64,000 nt of DNA from contig CABUBG010000001.1 of assembly GCA_902489785.1 (NCBI GenBank), positions 5,608 to 69,607 of the forward strand, in the 5' to 3' direction. Below, one piece after another: positions 58,365 through 64,000 of this stretch. The translations under genes and the position numbers were made by a program. Numbering within the stretch: the stretch's first letter is position 1; the number at the start of each line of letters is the position of its first letter. This DNA comes from an uncultured Porphyromonadaceae bacterium. GTDB lineage: Bacteria; Bacteroidota; Bacteroidia; Bacteroidales; Muribaculaceae. Under the pieces are notes generated by a model, which searched no databases, was not told where the DNA came from, and was given only the letters and a program-made list of their open reading frames with translations.

Positions 58365-59680
58365 CCCGCAAATTTTTAATACTGCTCGCCTCTTCTCTCC
58401 TTACGTTTGCGGCCTCCGCACAGGATGACATCGAACGCGATGACGAATCGGAAGATGAAACCGAGATACGTGAGAATCCCGTTATCGATGGCATCGACGA
58501 TGATTTCGACATCGTTGTTCCTTCATTTATAAAAAAAGGGAAAAACCACATCAATCTCAATGGCGCCGACTGGTCGAAACTACGCAGCGCCTTAGCCCGC
58601 TCCTACGCTCAGCCCGCCAACATCATACACATCGGCGACAGCCATCTGCAGGCCGATTATGCCACATCGGAGATCAGAAACAATCTTCAGTACGACTTCG
58701 GCAATGCCGGCCGTGGTCTGATCACGCCTCTCCGTCTAAGCTCTACCAATCAGCCTGTCGATTACTCCTTTTCGAGCACGCTTAGCTGGAATGCCGTCAG
58801 GCTGATGAGTCAGAACTGGCCACGCACCATGGGATTTACCGGCACATCTATCACTCCGGTCAACCCCAGGTCCAACTTCCTTGTGGCTACCTCCGAGACT
58901 ACCGACTACAATCCTTTCTCGGCTATCACGGTGTTTCATAACGGTCAGTTCTATGTCACTTCGGTCACGGATGCCGATGGCAATCTCATCCCTTTTCAGG
59001 CCGAGCCCTCAAAAAACTACACTCACATTTCCCTGTCGCGTGATGTCACCGCAGCACGCATATATTTCGATTCGGCCGGCGACCTCACTCTTTTCGGAGC
59101 AAACCTCTCGGGCAACCGTCCCGGCCTCTTTTACCATACGATCGGAAACAACGGAGCGGCCTATAGCACTTACAACCGCATCGGCAAGATCGGGGAGGGC
59201 ATAGCTCCGATTCACCCCGATCTCGTTATCATCTCTCTTGGTACAAACGAAGCTTTCGGCCGGTCTAACGCCGGATCTATTAAAAATGAGATCGATCGCC
59301 TGGTCAAGGATATACGCCATGCCAATCCCGAAACTGCTATACTGCTTGTCACACCGATGGAATGTCAGCGCATTGTCTACACCACTGTCAAAGGTCGCAA
59401 AAAGAAAGGACGCAGGCGCCGGTCCTCCCGCCGGGTCAAAGGCTATAGCGTCAACGACAATGTGGAGCGCGTCAGGGATGTCATCGTCAATTATGGCAAG
59501 GAAAACCACATCCCGGTCTACGACTGGTACACCGTGGCTGGAGGCGACGGCGCATCCAACAAATGGATTAAGGACGGCCTTTTTAGCGGCGATCGCATCC
59601 ATCACAGCATTAAAGGATATAAACTCCAGGGATTGCTGATGTATCAGGCTTTGAGAGAGGCTTTCTCCCAGTCCAAATAA
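58361..59680 (+). CDS. Secreted SGNH/GDSL hydrolase-fold protein with an acidic N-terminus and a polybasic insert
   Basis: 439 aa. Signal peptide MTRKFLILLASSLLTFAASA. Block I IIHIGDSHLQAD, block III SLGTNEA, block V GDRIHHS. ATGA overlap with the preceding SGNH gene. Confidence 0.7.
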   Translation: MTRKFLILLASSLLTFAASAQDDIERDDESEDETEIRENPVIDGIDDDFDIVVPSFIKKGKNHINLNGADWSKLRSALARSYAQPANIIHIGDSHLQADYATSEIRNNLQYDFGNAGRGLITPLRLSSTNQPVDYSFSSTLSWNAVRLMSQNWPRTMGFTGTSITPVNPRSNFLVATSETTDYNPFSAITVFHNGQFYVTSVTDADGNLIPFQAEPSKNYTHISLSRDVTAARIYFDSAGDLTLFGANLSGNRPGLFYHTIGNNGAAYSTYNRIGKIGEGIAPIHPDLVIISLGTNEAFGRSNAGSIKNEIDRLVKDIRHANPETAILLVTPMECQRIVYTTVKGRKKKGRRRRSSRRVKGYSVNDNVERVRDVIVNYGKENHIPVYDWYTVAGGDGASNKWIKDGLFSGDRIHHSIKGYKLQGLLMYQALREAFSQSK

Positions 59681-59728
59681 CCGTTATTCTCAGAGCAAAC
59701 CATCGACATAAATCTTACGTCTCACGAA

Positions 59729-61216
59729 ATGTCCGATTCTGTTATCAACTTCGACAATCTGCTCGCGTTGCTGAAATACGATCAGTATAATCCGCTGATG
59801 TTCAACACCGGATTATTCCTGATCCTGTTTGCGGTATTTCTCGCAATATATCAGCTGATGCGTAAACACCGGACTGCCAAGTTTCTGTTTGTCATTGCAT
59901 TTTCTCTTTATTTCTACTATAAGTCGTCGGCCGAATATTGTTTCATCCTTCTCGGCGTTTGCCTCAGCGACTACTTTCTCGGAATACTCATGGAGAGATG
60001 CCGGCATAACTGGCAGAAGCGGCTCATTGTGGCTCTGAATGTGGTGATCAACGTCGGCATGCTCGTGTGGTTTAAATATTTCAACCTCATCTACGAGACG
60101 TTCGCCAATTTCACAGGCAGAGATTTCAATGCTCTTGACATTATTCTTCCGGCGGGCATATCCTTCTTCACATTCCGTTCGATCAGCTACATCGTCGACA
60201 TTTATCGCGGAGTGATCCACGCCTGCCGTGATTTCCTCGCATATGCTTTCTACCTCACATTCTTCCCGCCGCTGCTGGCCGGTCCCGTCGTTCGAGCCAA
60301 GGATATGCTTCCGCAGGTAATGGCCAATCCGGTGGCAAGCCGCGCCATGACGAGCGAAGGTTTGTTCCTAATAATGTGTGGCCTGTTCAAGAAGGTGCTG
60401 GTGGCCGACTTTATCAGCGTCAATTTTGTCGACCGTGTGTTTGACAATCCCGCGCTCTACACCGGCTTTGAAGTAGTCACCGCCATCTATGGCTTTGTCA
60501 TCCAGCTTTACTGCGACTTTTCCGGCTACAGCGACATGGCTATCGGCCTTGCCCTGCTGATGGGATATCAGTTCCTCGACAACTTCCGTTCGCCGTTCAA
60601 ATCGCAGAGCCCCACGGAATTCTGGCACCGCTGGCACATCTCGTTATCAACGTGGCTGCGCGACTATGTCTATATACCTCTCGGTGGAAACCGGTGCGGG
60701 AAATTGCGTCATTACTTCAACCTCATGTGTACCATGGTGATTGGCGGTCTCTGGCACGGCGCTTCGTGGATGTATCTTATATGGGGCGCACTGCAGGGCT
60801 CATTCCTCGTAGGGCACAAAATGATCCGTCAGATTCTGCCGCGTGTGAAGCCGGAGAATCGCAACCGGTGGTGGCGGCGCGCCTTCAACATATTCATTAC
60901 ATTCAATCTCATCGCGCTGAGCTTTGTGTTCTTCCGCGCGCGATCGTTGGAGAAAGTAGGGGAGATGTGGGCCCAGATCCGCCACAATTTCCATCTGCAG
61001 GTGATCACTCAGTTCTGGGAAGGCTATGCTGCAATTATCATTGTGATGTTCGTTGCCTATGCGATGCATTATATGCCGGAACGGTTGACAGCACGCCTGA
61101 AATCCACCTATAATGCCATGCCGCTCATTGCGCAGGCTCTCGTGCTCGCTTTGCTGATTTTCGTTGTCATTCAGCGCAAAGGCGAGATTGTCCCCTTCAT
61201 TTATTTCCAGTACTGA
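59729..61216 (+). CDS. MBOAT-family membrane-bound O-acyltransferase (AlgI/PatA/DltB-like)
   Basis: 495 aa, polytopic. Conserved FWHRWHISLSTWLRDYVYIPLGGNR and GGLWHGASW (the MBOAT catalytic His region). Confidence 0.88.
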   Translation: MSDSVINFDNLLALLKYDQYNPLMFNTGLFLILFAVFLAIYQLMRKHRTAKFLFVIAFSLYFYYKSSAEYCFILLGVCLSDYFLGILMERCRHNWQKRLIVALNVVINVGMLVWFKYFNLIYETFANFTGRDFNALDIILPAGISFFTFRSISYIVDIYRGVIHACRDFLAYAFYLTFFPPLLAGPVVRAKDMLPQVMANPVASRAMTSEGLFLIMCGLFKKVLVADFISVNFVDRVFDNPALYTGFEVVTAIYGFVIQLYCDFSGYSDMAIGLALLMGYQFLDNFRSPFKSQSPTEFWHRWHISLSTWLRDYVYIPLGGNRCGKLRHYFNLMCTMVIGGLWHGASWMYLIWGALQGSFLVGHKMIRQILPRVKPENRNRWWRRAFNIFITFNLIALSFVFFRARSLEKVGEMWAQIRHNFHLQVITQFWEGYAAIIIVMFVAYAMHYMPERLTARLKSTYNAMPLIAQALVLALLIFVVIQRKGEIVPFIYFQY

Positions 61217-61264
61217 TATCAGCCCCGACTGCCTGAAGCGGTTGCAATCTATGCGTCGGTTTTG

Positions 61265-61357
61265 CGTATCCGTCCGAAAAAAGCCGACTTGATTTTGGTA
61301 TCCATCCTAAAAAAGCCGACCTGACAAAATCAAGTCGGCTTTTTTCGGATGGATACG
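61265..61357. terminator. Long composite hairpin (32-bp stem) containing three copies of a ~22-nt unit; probable bidirectional terminator
   Basis: Left arm 61265-61296 cgtatccgtccgaaaaaagccgacttgatttt pairs with right arm 61326-61357, 31/32 plus one G-T. A third direct copy, tatccatcctaaaaaagccgac, lies at 61299-61320 in the loop. T6 follows gtcggc on the plus strand and the equivalent run follows on the minus strand. Confidence 0.6.
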
Positions 61358-61554
61358 AACAATCCACGGTCTGACCAATCCCGGGAATGGTGGCAGACGA
61401 TACGCCACGACGGATAGTCATTCGTAAGCATATTCCATTGGCAACCGGTCTTGGTTATGTAAAATATCGCGTCAATGATATCGAAAAGGTCATGTTTCCG
61501 GGGCAATGTCATGGATTGGGGCAGAGATGCCCTGACAATCAGTTTCTGGCTCAC
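61330..61554 (-). pseudogene. Relic of an IS5-family transposase N-terminal (DUF4096-like) region
   Basis: Translation …LPRKHDLFDIIDAIFYITKTGCQWNMLTNDYPSWRIVCHHSRDWSDRGLF matches the conserved (I/L)DAI.Y…TGCQWR.LP..(F/Y)P.W..V…F..W…G block. No DDE catalytic domain follows. The frame runs into the hairpin repeat and stops. Confidence 0.65.
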
Positions 61555-61660
61555 GATCAGATCGGTTTTTTATTTCAATGGGCGTTGAATTATTTTGATA
61601 ACCGGAATTTGACATGACAAGACACGGCGGGGGGAACCTCAGTTGGCATATTTACCGCCA

Positions 61661-61680
61661 GAATGTAAAGGAATGTAAAC
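61661..61680. repeat. Tandem 10-nt duplication gaatgtaaag/gaatgtaaac
   Basis: Read directly; two adjacent copies, 9/10 identical. Confidence 0.8.
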
Positions 61681-61739
61681 CATCGAAGAACTGTACGGCA
61701 TGAAGTAAAGTAACCCTTGTCTCGCAGCAGCACGCCATC

Positions 61740-61796
61740 TTCTTCCTTTTGGCTCAGTCACATAGCCCGCTATGCTCCTGAGCCTGCAAGGAGGAA
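61740..61796. other. 57-nt three-tier imperfect hairpin in the non-coding DNA downstream of nrdG
   Basis: ttcttcctt/aaggaggaa (8 bp plus one G-T), ggctcag/ctgagcc (7 bp), catag/ctatg (5 bp), with loop cccg and symmetric 2-3 nt internal loops. Confidence 0.6.
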
Positions 61797-61846
61797 TCTG
61801 ACGCACTGCTACGACCCTGACGTCAACAAATTTTGTGGGATGGGTC

Positions 61847-62362
61847 TTAGAAATCCGACTTCCAAAGGACGATGTGGCCGGATGCAAGAGTCTCGGCAAC
61901 GTTTATAAGGCGCTGATTGGATGAGCCGCGAAACAGTAGCTCGATATCGCGTTGCGATTCAGCGAACGGCCCGTCGACCATCACATCGATGAATGGCAGC
62001 AACGCCGACAGCCGTTTGTCGTGCTGCACCGTCTCAAACAGATATCCCGTATAGCACCAGATCGTTTTGCCCAGTTTTCTTATCTCCCGTGCAAGCAGAG
62101 CAAGCGGCTCGGCCTGAAAAAGCGGATCGCCGCCGGAAAAGGTCACATCAAAATCATTCTCTTCAATCCGTTGGAGCAGTTCGCCGATAGTCATACCCTT
62201 TCCCGCCATCGGATCCCAGGTGGCCGGGTTCTGGCATCCGGGGCAGTGATGTTCGCATCCTGCAAAATAGATAGAGGTCCGGAAGCCCGGACCATCTACC
62301 GTTGTGCCGTCTACAATATCAACGACACGAAGCGTTACATCTTCAGTATTCGTATTTATCAC
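61847..62362 (-). CDS. nrdG: Anaerobic ribonucleoside-triphosphate reductase activating protein
   Basis: 171 aa. Radical-SAM cluster FAGCEHHCPGCQNP and TFSGGDP. Confidence 0.9.
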   Translation of the reverse strand: MINTNTEDVTLRVVDIVDGTTVDGPGFRTSIYFAGCEHHCPGCQNPATWDPMAGKGMTIGELLQRIEENDFDVTFSGGDPLFQAEPLALLAREIRKLGKTIWCYTGYLFETVQHDKRLSALLPFIDVMVDGPFAESQRDIELLFRGSSNQRLINVAETLASGHIVLWKSDF

Positions 62363-62371
62363 TTTATCGTT

Positions 62372-64000
62372 TCATTTATGAACAACGCGATCATTGAGCT
62401 CGGCAAGCTTGGCATTATTCCAGCGGTCGGTAGTTCCGACGAGATAACCGGTGATGCGCTGCAGTTTGTCGATGTCGCTGCTTCCGCATTTAGGGCATAT
62501 CTCAAGATGGTCGCTTGCATCCTCATAGCCGCACGACATGCATCGGTTGCGGTTATGGTTCACTGAGCAATAACCGATGTTGTACTGATCCATCAGGTCA
62601 ACGATATCGGCAATGGCCTTCGGATTGTGGGTGGCGTCGCCGTCAATCTCCACATAGAAGATGTGACCGCCGCCGGTGAGTTCATGATAAGGAGCCTCGA
62701 TTTCGGCCTTATGGCGCGGCGAGCAATGGTAGTAGACCGGCACGTGATTGGAATTCGTGTAGTAGATCTTATCGGTTATGCCGGGGATAATTCCGAATGA
62801 TTTGCGGTCGCGCTGCGTGAATTTGCCCGAGAGCCCTTCGGCCGGAGTGGCGAGCACCGAGAAGTTGTGCTGATATTTCTCGGAATATTCATTGACGCGG
62901 CTGCGCATGTGGGAGATGATTTTCAGTCCGAGTGCCTGCGATTCAGGCGATTCGCCGTGGTGTTTCCCGGTAAGGGCTACCAGACATTCGGCCAATCCGA
63001 TGAATCCGATGCCAAGTGTGCCCTGGTTGATCACGCTCTCAATAGTCTGATTCGGCTTCAGGATATCGCTGCCGTTCCACAAACGCGACATCAGCAGCGG
63101 GAACTGCTTGGCAAGCGCAGTCTTCTGGAAGTCGAATCGGTCACACAGCTGGCGGGCTGTGATATCCAGCACCTGATCCAGTTTCTCGAAGAATTTCGCG
63201 ATGCGCTCTTCCTTGTCCTTGATCATCATGCATTCGATGGCTATGCGCACGATATTGACGGTGGAGAAACTGAGGTTGCCGCGTCCGATCGACGTCTTCT
63301 CACCAAAGCGGTTCTCAAACACTCGTGTGCGGCATCCCATCGTGGCCACCTCATATTTATAGCGCTGCGGATCATCGGCCTTCCATTTTTCATGGTAGTT
63401 GAATGTCGCGTCGAGATTCACGAAGTTGGGGAAGAAGCGGCGGGCGGTCACCTTGCAGGCCAGCTTATAGAGATCGTAGTTGCGGTCCTCGGGCAGATAG
63501 CTCACACCGCGTTTCTTTTTCCATATCTGAATCGGGAAAATCGCCGTGGCTCCATTGCCGACGCCTTCATATGTGGAGTTGAGCAGTTCGCGGATCACGC
63601 AACGGCCTTCGGCCGACGTGTCGGTGCCATAGTTGATTGAGCTGAACACCACCTGGTTGCCACCGCGGGAGTGAATGGTGTTCATGTTGTGGATGAATGC
63701 TTCCATAGATTGATGCACGCGGTCAACAGTCTGATTCATGGCGTGCTGGAGGAGACGCTTGGTTCCTGTGAGTCCGTCGAGCGGCCGTTTCACGAAGTCG
63801 TCAATTTCAGCGTTGTAATATGACGACAGATCCTCTCCCGACACTTGCTCGAGTTTCTGCAGTTCTTCGATATATGACGATCTGACAAATGGAGCAAGAT
63901 AGAAGTCGAATGCCGGGATGGCCTGACCGCCGTGCATCTCATTCTGCGCCGTTTCCAGAGAGATACAGCTTATTATGCTTGCTGTCTCGATACGTTTTGC
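62372..64000 (-). CDS. nrdD: Anaerobic ribonucleoside-triphosphate reductase, C-terminal ~540 aa (N-terminus beyond the window)
   Basis: The frame stays open to base 64000 (…AKRIETASIISCISLETAQNEMHGGQ…). C-terminal zinc ribbon CMSCGY…CPKCGS and glycyl-radical motif RITGYLVG. Confidence 0.93.
   Translation of the reverse strand, partial: AKRIETASIISCISLETAQNEMHGGQAIPAFDFYLAPFVRSSYIEELQKLEQVSGEDLSSYYNAEIDDFVKRPLDGLTGTKRLLQHAMNQTVDRVHQSMEAFIHNMNTIHSRGGNQVVFSSINYGTDTSAEGRCVIRELLNSTYEGVGNGATAIFPIQIWKKKRGVSYLPEDRNYDLYKLACKVTARRFFPNFVNLDATFNYHEKWKADDPQRYKYEVATMGCRTRVFENRFGEKTSIGRGNLSFSTVNIVRIAIECMMIKDKEERIAKFFEKLDQVLDITARQLCDRFDFQKTALAKQFPLLMSRLWNGSDILKPNQTIESVINQGTLGIGFIGLAECLVALTGKHHGESPESQALGLKIISHMRSRVNEYSEKYQHNFSVLATPAEGLSGKFTQRDRKSFGIIPGITDKIYYTNSNHVPVYYHCSPRHKAEIEAPYHELTGGGHIFYVEIDGDATHNPKAIADIVDLMDQYNIGYCSVNHNRNRCMSCGYEDASDHLEICPKCGSSDIDKLQRITGYLVGTTDRWNNAKLAELNDRVVHK

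Noticed and set aside
61555-61806. Group II intron 5' end. The minus strand reads GTGCG (61806-61802) 41 nt after the nrdG stop, followed immediately by a structured hairpin.
   Set aside because: The evidence is only a pentamer plus one hairpin. I could find no domain V/VI-like sequence, no reverse-transcriptase ORF and no other domain I landmarks. It is kept as an unexplained structured region in findings rather than called an intron.
1-64000. Scan for tRNA, rRNA, tmRNA, CRISPR arrays, integrases, phage genes, toxin-antitoxin pairs and known defence-system hallmarks.
   Set aside because: No T-loop-type GGTTCGA motifs occur in intergenic DNA, and there are no direct-repeat/spacer arrays. No integrase or recombinase, nuclease-helicase defence pairings or small overlapping TA-like ORF pairs were seen. 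The only mobile-element traces are the two IS5-type fragments.

Overview
The window looks like a chromosomal segment from a Bacteroidales-type bacterium. Supporting signs are many TAnnTTTG -7 promoter boxes 8-85 nt upstream of start codons, no obvious Shine-Dalgarno use, a complete MoxR/DUF58/BatA-E aerotolerance operon, GH92, DUF4290 and DUF3108. About 60 densely packed protein genes were identified, mostly housekeeping. In order they are:
- an IS5-family transposase 3' end at the left edge;
- a heavy-metal RND efflux operon (His/Cys-rich protein, adaptor, CusA/CzcA pump, TolC-like OMF);
- tdk-DUF3108-5'-nucleotidase;
- tilS, nth, crcB, pheS, a TlpA-like thioredoxin, an acyl-CoA ligase, nadE and GH92;
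- clpP-clpX-recQ-ftsE, lysC-lysA, a standalone homocysteine methyltransferase, and murB-murA;
- a DUF2007+tandem-USP protein and a small HTH protein;
- the 9-gene Bat operon;
- a translationally coupled pair of atypical HU-like proteins;
- proS, an OmpA-like protein, rimM, DUF4290, TetR-fabG, dacB and rsmI;
- ftsY-rimO-menF followed by an SGNH-SGNH-MBOAT module;
- a ~630 bp non-coding 'junkyard' (triple-repeat hairpin, IS5 transposase relic, structured hairpin);
- nrdG and a partial nrdD at the right edge.

I saw no rRNA, tRNA, CRISPR array or recognisable phage-defence or toxin system. I cannot demonstrate a clearly novel system from sequence alone. The most second-look-worthy loci are the SGNH-SGNH-MBOAT putative glycan O-acylation module, the tail-anchored acidic HU-like protein pair, the His/Cys-rich protein heading the metal-efflux operon, and the repeat/IS-relic region downstream of nrdG. 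All family assignments come from reading motifs in the translations, not from database searches.
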